A stretch of 32,000 nt of DNA from an uncultured Chloroflexia bacterium (lineage in GTDB: Bacteria; Chloroflexota; Ktedonobacteria; Ktedonobacterales; JADMIN01). The stretch lies in contig CAVRAI010000015.1 of assembly GCA_963718915.1 (NCBI GenBank), positions 150,001 through 182,000 on the forward strand, in the 5' to 3' direction. The notes below the pieces were generated by a model. It worked only from the letters and a program-made list of their open reading frames with translations, did no database searches and was not told the origin of the DNA. Position 1 is the first letter of the stretch. Each line of letters opens with the position of its first letter. The position numbers and the translations under genes were made by a program. Shown here in pieces: positions 7,989-15,415 of the stretch.

Positions 7989-8011
7989 AAACCCGCTAAT
8001 AAAGCGGGTTT
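7989..8011. other. Perfect A/T-flanked stem-loop just upstream of the clpC promoter (bidirectional-terminator-like)
   Basis: AAACCCGC (7989-7996), 7-nt loop TAATAAA, GCGGGTTT (8004-8011). Confidence 0.4.
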
Positions 8012-8027
8012 CAAGGGGTAGCAATCC

Positions 8028-8057
8028 TTGACGCCAGACGGAGTTCTGACGTATCAT
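8028..8057 (+). promoter_or_regulatory. Candidate clpC promoter (TTGACG-N18-TATCAT)
   Basis: TTGACG at 8028-8033 and TATCAT at 8052-8057, about 60 nt upstream of the clpC start. Confidence 0.35.
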
Positions 8058-8115
8058 TGAAGCACATTTTACCTATCGCGGCGGGCCACTTCCGACCGTG
8101 GAAGGGGGGCAACAG

Positions 8116-10647
8116 GTGAACGATAAGTTCGAGAAGTTTACGGAACGAGCGCGCAAAGTGTTGAGCCTGGCGCAGGATGAAGCGCAACGGTTCAACCACA
8201 ACTACATTGGGACCGAGCACCTGTTGCTGGGATTGGTGCGCGAGGGCGACGGGGTGGCGGCCAAAGTGCTGGCCAACCTGGGGGTCGAACTCAACAAAGT
8301 GCGCAGCGCGGTCGAGTTCATTATCGGCCGGGGCGACCGCATCGTGTTGGGAGAGATTGGGCTGACCCCGCGCGCCAAGAAGGTGATCGAGCTGGCGGTG
8401 GATGAGGCGCGGCGGCTCAACCACCATTACATCGGCACCGAGCATCTGCTGCTGGGGCTGGTGCGGGAAGGCGAAGGGATTGCCGCCGGAGTGCTCGAGA
8501 GTCTGGGGGTCAACCTCGAAAAGGTGCGCAGCCAGACCATTCAAGTCCTCTCGCAATCGGGCAATCAGCATGAAGGCGGACGCGAGAAGCACTCCAAGAC
8601 GCCCACGATTGACCAGATGGGCATTGATCTGACATCACACGCGCGCATGGGCAAGCTCGACCCAGTCGTTGGGCGCGAGCAGGAAATCGAGCGCGTGATC
8701 CAGATTCTTTCTCGCCGTCAGAAGAACAATCCCGCACTGATTGGTGAGCCTGGTGTCGGCAAGACGGCCATCGTCGAGGGGCTGGCCCAGAGGATTGTCG
8801 CGGGCGAGGTGCCTGAGACACTGATGGGCAAGCGCCTGTTGACGCTCGATGTCGGCTCGCTAGTCGCTGGGACGAAGTATCGCGGCGAGTTCGAAGAGCG
8901 GCTCAAGAAGATCATCGAAGAGATTCGCTCCAGCCAGGATTGCATCATCTTCATCGATGAGGTACATACCCTGGTAGGCGCGGGCGCGGCCGAGGGTGCG
9001 GTGGATGCCGCCAATATCCTCAAGCCCGCGCTCTCGCGTGGCGAGCTCCAGTGCATCGGCGCGACGACGCTCGACGAGTATCGCAAGTACATCGAGAAGG
9101 ACGCGGCGCTCCAGCGGCGCTTCCAGGAAGTGATCGTGCGCGAACCGACCGTTGAGGAGACCCTCGAAATCCTCAAGGGGCTGCGCGACCGCTATGAGAC
9201 ACACCACCGCCTGACGATCTCCGACGACGCCCTGCGCGCCGCCGCCGAGATGGGCAGCCGCTACATCACCGACCGTTTCATGCCGGATAAAGCGATTGAC
9301 CTGATCGACGAGGCATCGAGCCGCGTGCGCATGCAGCGTTCGCTCGCTCCGCTGAACCTCAAGGAGGCGATGCGCGGGCTAGAGGCGGTGCTGCGCGAGA
9401 AGGATGAGGCGATTCAGAACCAGCAGTACGAGCAGGCGCAGGCGCTCTTGGAGCGTGAGAAGAAGCTCCGCGAGCGCATCACCAAGCTCGAATCTGGCTG
9501 GCACAAGGATCAATCCAGCGAGAAGCCGGTCGTGACTGAAGAGGACATCGCGCAGATCGTCTCGATGTGGACGGGCATCCCGGTCATGCGGATCGCGCAG
9601 GAAGAGTCCGCTCGCCTGCTGGAGATGGAGAGCGCGCTGCATAAGCGCGTCATCGGCCAGGACGAGGCGATTGCGACAATCAGCCGCGCGGTACGGCGCG
9701 CGCGTGCCGGCCTCAAAGACCCCAAGCGCCCAATTGGCTCCTTCATCTTCATGGGACCAACTGGCGTTGGCAAGACTGAGCTGGCTAAGGCGCTCGCCGA
9801 GTTCATGTTCGGCAGCGAGGACGCGCTCATCAAAATCGACATGTCGGAGTTCATGGAGCGCCACTCGGCGGCCCGTCTGGTCGGCGCGCCTCCGGGATAT
9901 GTTGGCTATGAGGAGGGTGGCGAGCTCACCGAGAAGGTTCGTCGCAAGTCCTATAGTGTCGTTCTGCTCGACGAAATCGAGAAGGCGCACCCCGATGTCT
10001 TCAACATGCTGCTGCAAATCCTTGAAGATGGCAAGTTGACCGATGCCAAGGGGCGCACGGTGGACTTCCGCAACACCATTATCATCATGACGTCGAATGT
10101 CGGCGCGTCCCTGCTCAACCGTGAGGCCGCTATCGGCTTCATGCAGACGCGGGATAAAGACAAGGCAGCGCAGTCCGATTACGAGCGTATGAAGGACAAG
10201 GTGCTCGGCGAGTTGAAGAACACCTTCAAGCCGGAGTTCCTCAACCGCATTGATGCCATCATGGTCTTCCACAGTCTGCGTCAGGAGCATGTGCGCCTGA
10301 TCGTCGACCTGTTGCTCGCTCGCGTGCGCGTCCAGTTGACGGAGCAGCAGATCCAGCTGGTGGTTCCTGACGACGCCAAGGACTTCCTGGTGACAAAGGG
10401 CTACGATCCGCAGTATGGCGCTCGCCCGCTTCGCCGGACGATCCAGAACCTGATCGAAGACCCGCTGGCGGAGTTACTGCTGCAGGGCAAGTTCCAGCCG
10501 GGCGATGTGGTTCACGCCATCGCGAGGGATGGCACTATCGTCCTCGAGCAGGGCGAGCATCCAGACGGTCTGCGACTACTGCCACCACCGGAGGCCGCGC
10601 TTTCGGCGGGTGGTAGCGAGCCTGGCGGCACGGACCCACTGCGGTAA
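8116..10647 (+). CDS. clpC: ATP-dependent Clp protease ATP-binding subunit ClpC
   Basis: Duplicated Clp_N repeats ([33 protein letters not shown] and its second copy). Walker A GEPGVGKT and [11 protein letters not shown]-like linker [20 protein letters not shown]. The likely start is GTG at 8116 after GGAAGGGGGG; the track's GTG at 8098 has no SD. Confidence 0.95.
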   Translation: MNDKFEKFTERARKVLSLAQDEAQRFNHNYIGTEHLLLGLVREGDGVAAKVLANLGVELNKVRSAVEFIIGRGDRIVLGEIGLTPRAKKVIELAVDEARRLNHHYIGTEHLLLGLVREGEGIAAGVLESLGVNLEKVRSQTIQVLSQSGNQHEGGREKHSKTPTIDQMGIDLTSHARMGKLDPVVGREQEIERVIQILSRRQKNNPALIGEPGVGKTAIVEGLAQRIVAGEVPETLMGKRLLTLDVGSLVAGTKYRGEFEERLKKIIEEIRSSQDCIIFIDEVHTLVGAGAAEGAVDAANILKPALSRGELQCIGATTLDEYRKYIEKDAALQRRFQEVIVREPTVEETLEILKGLRDRYETHHRLTISDDALRAAAEMGSRYITDRFMPDKAIDLIDEASSRVRMQRSLAPLNLKEAMRGLEAVLREKDEAIQNQQYEQAQALLEREKKLRERITKLESGWHKDQSSEKPVVTEEDIAQIVSMWTGIPVMRIAQEESARLLEMESALHKRVIGQDEAIATISRAVRRARAGLKDPKRPIGSFIFMGPTGVGKTELAKALAEFMFGSEDALIKIDMSEFMERHSAARLVGAPPGYVGYEEGGELTEKVRRKSYSVVLLDEIEKAHPDVFNMLLQILEDGKLTDAKGRTVDFRNTIIIMTSNVGASLLNREAAIGFMQTRDKDKAAQSDYERMKDKVLGELKNTFKPEFLNRIDAIMVFHSLRQEHVRLIVDLLLARVRVQLTEQQIQLVVPDDAKDFLVTKGYDPQYGARPLRRTIQNLIEDPLAELLLQGKFQPGDVVHAIARDGTIVLEQGEHPDGLRLLPPPEAALSAGGSEPGGTDPLR

Positions 10648-10663
10648 CGGTCGCGAGGCATTC

Positions 10664-10696
10664 GAGGGGACGTATCCATCGGTGATGCGTCCCCTC
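10664..10696 (+). terminator. GC-rich stem-loop after clpC (no U-tract)
   Basis: 9-bp stem GAGGGGACG (10664-10672) / CGTCCCCTC (10688-10696), 17 nt after the TAA stop. Confidence 0.35.
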
Positions 10697-10783
10697 CGTG
10701 TATCCAGCGGCTGGCGGCTGATGAACGTTAAGAGAAACCTCTGTACCGTGTGCTGGGGCGCGTGCCGGAATCCCAAAGCCTCC

Positions 10784-10846
10784 AGCGAATGGGCCTGGAA
10801 GGCGGGAAATTCGCCGTAGCACTGATGCACTCATGCTACGGTCTGC
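10784..10846 (+). repeat. Intergenic three-hairpin repeat element, copy 2 (5' hairpin degenerate)
   Basis: Core CGAATGGGCCTGGAAGGCGGGAAATTCG (10786-10812), hairpin CCGTAGCA-N12-TGCTACGG (10813-10840), and tail TCTGCC as in copy 1. Confidence 0.8.
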
Positions 10847-10898
10847 CTCGCCCGCCACAACGCGCGTTGTTCGGAGGAATACGTGAACGTTCATGGAC

Positions 10899-10934
10899 CG
10901 CCCGCGCTCCTGGTCGGGCGCAAGTCGGTTTTTT
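10899..10934 (+). terminator. Candidate terminator between clpC and radA
   Basis: Stem CGCCCG (10899-10904) / CGGGCG (10915-10920). A TTTTTT run at 10929-10934 lies 8 nt downstream. Confidence 0.4.
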
Positions 10935-11047
10935 CCAGGGGCGCGCGAGAGAGAAAGAACTATCTCAACAGGCGGTTGCGCTGGTCGGTTGGGTGATGAG
11001 GCATTTTTCATCGTGCCTTCACCTCCGTCTCATAGAGTGGACGTATT

Positions 11048-12430
11048 ATGCCAAAAGCGACATCGAAATTTACCTGCCAGCAATGTGGCTATGAGAGCGT
11101 CAAGTGGATGGGGCGCTGCCCTGATTGTGGTGAGTGGAACACGCTCGTCGAGACGGTTTCGCCCGCGTTGAGCGGCGCGCGCCGTGGCGGCGGTGGCGCG
11201 CGCGCGACGGTGGCACAGCCCGTGCCATTAACCGAGGTAGAGGCCGTGGACGCCCGGCGTATGAGTACCGGATCGCCGGAGTTCGACCGCGTGCTTGGCG
11301 GCGGCATCGTCCCTGGCACGCTGATGCTGGTCGGCGGCGATCCAGGGATCGGCAAGACCACGTTGCTGACGCAGGTCGCGGGTCATCTGGCGCTGCACGA
11401 AGGCCCGGTGCTCTACGTCTCCGCTGAGGAGTCGAACCAGCAGATTCGCCTGCGCGCGGATCGTCTGGGCATCGCGACACCGCGTCTTTTGCTGCTGGGG
11501 GAGACCGATATCGACGCGATTGCCGAGGCGGCGGAGCAGGTGAGCCCTTCGCTGATCGTGGTGGATTCCATCCAGACGGTGGCGTCGGCGCAGTTGCCGT
11601 CAGCGCCCGGCAGCATCAGCCAGGTGCGCGAGTGTACGCTGCGGCTGATGCAGATGGCCAAGCGCACGCAGATATCCGTCTGTATCATCGGCCATGTCAC
11701 CAAAGAGGGTACCGTGGCAGGCCCGCGGACACTCGAGCACATGGTAGACGCGGTGCTCTATCTGGAGGGCGAGCGATTCCATGTCTATCGGCTCTTGCGT
11801 GGCGCCAAGAATCGTTTCGGCGCGACCAATGAAGTGGGCGTCTTCGAGATGCGCGGCGAGGGTATGGTAGACGTGCTCAACCCATCAGGGTTGTTTCTGA
11901 CGGAGCATCACGGGCAGGCGAGCGGCTCGGCGGTGGTGGTGAGCATGGAGGGCACACGTCCGATGCTGGTTGAGGTGCAGGCGCTGGCGACGACGACCGC
12001 CTTTGGCAACCCGCGCTACACAACCACTGGCGTCGATCACAATCGGGTACTGATGCTGCTGGCCGTGCTGATCAAGCGCGTCGGGCTGGCGCTGGGCACG
12101 CAGGATGTCTACGTCAATGTGGCGGGCGGCTTCACGCTGGATGAGCCAGCGGTTGATCTGGGCATCGCCGCGGCGGTGGCGTCGAGTTTTCGCGAGCGGC
12201 GGCTCTCGCCAGAGACTGTGCTGCTGGGCGAGGTTGGCCTGGGGGGCGAGCTTCGTTCCGTGCCGCGCGTCGATCTGCGGGTGCGCGAGGCGGCCAAACT
12301 CGGCTTCAAGCAGTGTGTGCTGCCAGAGTCGAGTGTGGTTGAGAAGACCAGCGGAGAAGGCGGCGCGCCAGCTATCAAGCTTTTGCGGGCAAAGACACTC
12401 TCAGAGGCCCTTGAAATTGCGCTTGATTGA
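11048..12430 (+). CDS. radA: DNA repair protein RadA/Sms
   Basis: N-terminal zinc finger FTCQQCGYESVKWMGRCPDCGEWNT, Walker A GGDPGIGKTTL, KNRFG motif (GAKNRFGATNEVGVFEM), and a Lon-like C-terminal domain. Confidence 0.95.
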   Translation: MPKATSKFTCQQCGYESVKWMGRCPDCGEWNTLVETVSPALSGARRGGGGARATVAQPVPLTEVEAVDARRMSTGSPEFDRVLGGGIVPGTLMLVGGDPGIGKTTLLTQVAGHLALHEGPVLYVSAEESNQQIRLRADRLGIATPRLLLLGETDIDAIAEAAEQVSPSLIVVDSIQTVASAQLPSAPGSISQVRECTLRLMQMAKRTQISVCIIGHVTKEGTVAGPRTLEHMVDAVLYLEGERFHVYRLLRGAKNRFGATNEVGVFEMRGEGMVDVLNPSGLFLTEHHGQASGSAVVVSMEGTRPMLVEVQALATTTAFGNPRYTTTGVDHNRVLMLLAVLIKRVGLALGTQDVYVNVAGGFTLDEPAVDLGIAAAVASSFRERRLSPETVLLGEVGLGGELRSVPRVDLRVREAAKLGFKQCVLPESSVVEKTSGEGGAPAIKLLRAKTLSEALEIALD

Positions 12431-12523
12431 TGGCACAATGCCTGCTATACCCCAAATGCACTGTCGGTCGAATTCGGGAGTATAATGGGGAATAACGACC
12501 GGTGAACACAATGCATGAGCTAG

Positions 12524-12563
12524 CCTGAGTTGACCTGAGTTGACCTGAGTTGACCTGAGGTGA
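12524..12563. repeat. 10-bp tandem repeat CCTGAGTTGA x3 plus one degenerate unit; on the minus strand it reads GGTCAAC-TCA x3 (CtsR-box-like heptads)
   Basis: Units at 12524-12533, 12534-12543 and 12544-12553, with a degenerate fourth unit at 12554-12563 (CCTGAGGTGA). It lies 94 nt after the radA stop and 76 nt before the PIN/TRAM ATG. Confidence 0.9.
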
Positions 12564-12638
12564 GAGGAGGGGAAACGCCTCGGCAAGGCTATTGGAGTGA
12601 GAGAGTCCAGGAGGACACAGAAGAGATCGGAGGAGGAC

Positions 12639-13823
12639 ATGTCACGTAGATTAGCCGCCAGGATAGCTGCCTTCGTGGTCGTCGGCGCTATCGCGGCGTT
12701 CGTCGGATTCGACATCAACCAGAGTTCCAAAGCGCCCTGGCAGTGGGAGTTTCTTGTCGGCATAGCAATTATTTGCGGCGTTATTGCCTTCATTATTCTT
12801 CCATACGTCACCATCATTCCCTACCGCTGGGTGCGCGACCAGATTCGCAAAGCTGAGGTAAGCGACCTCGTCGCCGGGGGTATCGGCCTGGTCATCGGCC
12901 TCATCATCGCGGCTCTGCTCGCCATCCCGCTGTCTCAATTGAGCTTTTTCCAGCTTGGCCGCTGGCTGCCCACCATAGTCGCCCTGCTCTGCGCCTACCT
13001 CGGCATCACCATCGCGGTCGTGCGAAAAGAGGATTTTGGTCGCCTGACCTCGATGGCTTTTGGTGGGCGAGCCGCACGCCGCGCCAATCGCGAGGAGCGC
13101 GAGGGTGACGAAGACCATGAGGAGCGCGAGGAGCGCGAAGAGAAGACACGCCTGCGCGAGCGCCTGACCGGGCGCAGTAGAGCGCGCAATAGCGACAAGA
13201 TTCTGGTCGATACCAGCGCCATCATCGATGGCCGCATCGCCGATATCAGCCAGACAGGCTTCATCACCAGCACGCTGATTGTGCCGCGTTTCGTCCTCGA
13301 AGAGTTGCAACACATCGCCGACTCCGCCGACAGCCTCAAGCGCAACCGTGGCCGTCGTGGCCTCGAAATTCTCCAGCGCCTCAAAGATTCGCGCGTGCCT
13401 ATCGAAATCTCGGACGCCGACGCTGAGAATACGCCCGAGGTAGACGCCAAGCTCGTCAAGCTCGCCCGCCAGTGGCACTGCTCGATCATCACCAACGACT
13501 TCAATCTCAACCGCGTCGCCGAGCTTCAGGGTGTCAAGGTGCTCAATATCAACGAGCTGGCCCACGCCGTGAAGCCGATTCTGCTGCCTGGCGAGGAGAT
13601 GCAGGTCACCATCATGCAGGATGGCAAAGAGAGCGGCCAGGGTGTTGGTTATCTGGACGATGGCACGATGATCGTGGTCGAGGGCGGCAAGTCGTTTATG
13701 AGCAGCACGATTGAAGTGACGGTGACACGTGTGCTGCAGACGGTCGCCGGGCGGATGATCTTCGCCCACCCAAAACAGTCGGCCAGTAATATCGCTCCGG
13801 TGCGACGCACTGGCACCGCCTGA
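12639..13823 (+). CDS. PIN/TRAM domain membrane protein (YacL-like)
   Basis: N-terminal TM helices and a Glu/Arg-rich linker. PIN core ILVDTSAIIDGRIADI...VPRFVLEELQHIAD...TNDFNL. C-terminal TRAM domain (GEEMQVTIMQDGKESGQGVGYLDDGTMIVVEGG). ATG at 12639 follows GGAGGAGG. Confidence 0.88.
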   Translation: MSRRLAARIAAFVVVGAIAAFVGFDINQSSKAPWQWEFLVGIAIICGVIAFIILPYVTIIPYRWVRDQIRKAEVSDLVAGGIGLVIGLIIAALLAIPLSQLSFFQLGRWLPTIVALLCAYLGITIAVVRKEDFGRLTSMAFGGRAARRANREEREGDEDHEEREEREEKTRLRERLTGRSRARNSDKILVDTSAIIDGRIADISQTGFITSTLIVPRFVLEELQHIADSADSLKRNRGRRGLEILQRLKDSRVPIEISDADAENTPEVDAKLVKLARQWHCSIITNDFNLNRVAELQGVKVLNINELAHAVKPILLPGEEMQVTIMQDGKESGQGVGYLDDGTMIVVEGGKSFMSSTIEVTVTRVLQTVAGRMIFAHPKQSASNIAPVRRTGTA

Positions 13824-13831
13824 GCCTGATT

Positions 13832-14524
13832 GTGCAGACAGACGCACGAACCTATGGGATGGCTGGCGCGATACTCTTCGCCAGCCACCACCTCGCCCCC
13901 GAATTGCTCTGGGCGCCCGTTGCCGGGCGCCCGTTGCTGGCGTGGAGCGTCGCCGCCTGCGAGGCGACGCCTGAGATCGCGGAAACGCTGCTGATCGTCC
14001 CCGAAGATCGCCTTGCTATGGCGCAATCGCTGGTCGAATCCCAGGGATGGGCGCGCGTCCGCGTCCTGCCAGACGGTCAGCGGCTCCGTGAGAGCGTAGA
14101 GACTGGCCTGCGCGCGCTCGACCAATTGTTGGCATGGGTAATGATCCACGAGGCGGCGCGTCCCCTGGCGACTCCTGCCTTGTTCGCGGCGGCGCTCGAC
14201 CTCGCCCAGCGTGCCGACGCCGATGTCATCACTGGCGCGCCGGTCAAAGAGACGGTGAAGTGGCTGCGCGATGGGCTGGTGGTGGAGACACTGCCACGCG
14301 AGCGGATGGCGCGCGCGCAGACGCCATACGTCTTCAGCCGCGAACGCCTGCTGGCAGCGCACGCATCGCTGCCACCGGAGCAGGACTTCCCCGATGAGGC
14401 GACGCTGGCGTTGGCCGCTGGTCTGCCACTCCGCGTCGTGCCTGGCCCGCCCGAGAATATACGTGTCACCTCGGCGGCGGACCTGGCGGTGGTAGAGGTG
14501 CTACTGGCAACACGCGCCCCATGA
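13832..14524 (+). CDS. ispD: IspD-family (MEP cytidylyltransferase-like) protein with a degenerate N-terminal nucleotide-binding motif
   Basis: It retains VMIHEAARP, VKETVK, AQTPYVF and NIRVTSAADL. The canonical AAGxGxRM...K loop reads FASHHLAPELLW instead. The start is uncertain (GTG at 13832 or ATG at 13859). Confidence 0.7.
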   Translation: MQTDARTYGMAGAILFASHHLAPELLWAPVAGRPLLAWSVAACEATPEIAETLLIVPEDRLAMAQSLVESQGWARVRVLPDGQRLRESVETGLRALDQLLAWVMIHEAARPLATPALFAAALDLAQRADADVITGAPVKETVKWLRDGLVVETLPRERMARAQTPYVFSRERLLAAHASLPPEQDFPDEATLALAAGLPLRVVPGPPENIRVTSAADLAVVEVLLATRAP

Positions 14525-14575
14525 CACGATTGGTCTGGTCGAATTCACCCTAACTGGCTCTGGCCGTATGCCATT

Positions 14576-14617
14576 TCTCAGGTGTAGACTGCCTGTGAGA
14601 TAGCCGGACGTTTTTTT
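14576..14617 (+). terminator. Candidate terminator after the ispD-like gene
   Basis: Imperfect stem TCTCAGG...CCTGTGAGA (14576-14600). A T7 run at 14611-14617 lies 10 nt further on, which is not an ideal geometry. Confidence 0.35.
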
Positions 14618-14654
14618 AGGCAATGGCAAATGGGACCATCGAGGACGAGGAACA

Positions 14655-15293
14655 ATGTTATATAGACCCTCCGACGCGCCGTTCGATGCCGACGAATGGC
14701 GCGCGTTTCTGCGCGAGCATGACTTCGGCCAGTTGATCGCCGCTGGCGTCGGGCGTACCATACCGGTCATCATCCCAGCCCATTTTGTCTACGACGGCGA
14801 GGCGACGATCCGGCTGCACCTGGCGCGGACCAATCCTGTTCTGGCGGCGCTGGCCGAGAATCCCGTTGCCGTGATGGCGGTCATCGGCGCGTATACCTAT
14901 ATCCCCACCAACTGGAACGCCAACCAGGGCCAGCCGGTCGAGTATGGCGTCCCCACGAGCTACTATGCCGCCGTCCAGTTGACCGGAACCTGCGAGATGA
15001 TCGAGGATTCCGAGGAGCTTGCCGCGCTGCTGGGAACGCAGTTAGCGCACTTTCAGCCGGAGGGCGGCCACGCGCCGGTCACGGCGGGCGAGACCGCCTA
15101 TGGCCGCCAACTGGCGTCGATTCGCGGCGTGCGCATGACCGTCACTGATGTGCAGGCCAAGTTCAAATTTGGCGGCAACAAGCCCATAGAGCATCAGCGC
15201 GACATCGCCGAACATCTTCAGCAACGCGGCGCTCCGCTGGATCATGAGGCGCGACGGCATCAACTCCGGCGTATCGAGCGCCAATCCTCGTGA
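14655..15293 (+). CDS. FMN-binding negative transcriptional regulator, PaiB family
   Basis: The layout fits PaiB: MLYRP..., FLREHDFGQLIAAG, HLARTNPV, then KFKFGGNKPIEHQRDI near the C-terminus. SD GAGGACGAGG precedes the ATG at 14655. Confidence 0.75.
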   Translation: MLYRPSDAPFDADEWRAFLREHDFGQLIAAGVGRTIPVIIPAHFVYDGEATIRLHLARTNPVLAALAENPVAVMAVIGAYTYIPTNWNANQGQPVEYGVPTSYYAAVQLTGTCEMIEDSEELAALLGTQLAHFQPEGGHAPVTAGETAYGRQLASIRGVRMTVTDVQAKFKFGGNKPIEHQRDIAEHLQQRGAPLDHEARRHQLRRIERQSS

Positions 15294-15326
15294 TACGATA
15301 GGCGTAGAGCAGACCTCTCCCCCTAC

Positions 15327-15348
15327 CCCCTCCCCTAAAAGGGAGGGG
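15327..15348 (+). other. GC-rich stem-loop CCCCTCCC-CTAAAA-GGGAGGGG after the paiB-like gene (no U-tract)
   Basis: Perfect 8-bp stem 34 nt after the stop. It is related to the hairpin at 18977-18996. Confidence 0.5.
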
Positions 15349-15415
15349 CCGCGAACCAACGTGAGAGGCCAAGAGGGCAGGTAATTATCTCGGCGTACGG
15401 GCGGGAGGGCAGCAA

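Noticed and set aside
12461-12480. tRNA T-arm-like strings (GGTCGAATT at 7593, 12466 and 14537; GTTCGAT at 4438).
   Set aside because: The flanking bases cannot form the 5-bp T stem, and no acceptor or anticodon arms can be drawn. These are not tRNA genes.
15294-15415. A Moco riboswitch upstream of the molybdopterin oxidoreductase.
   Set aside because: The spacer is only ~120 nt and is largely taken up by the CCCCTCCC/GGGAGGGG hairpin. I could not find the conserved Moco-motif blocks.
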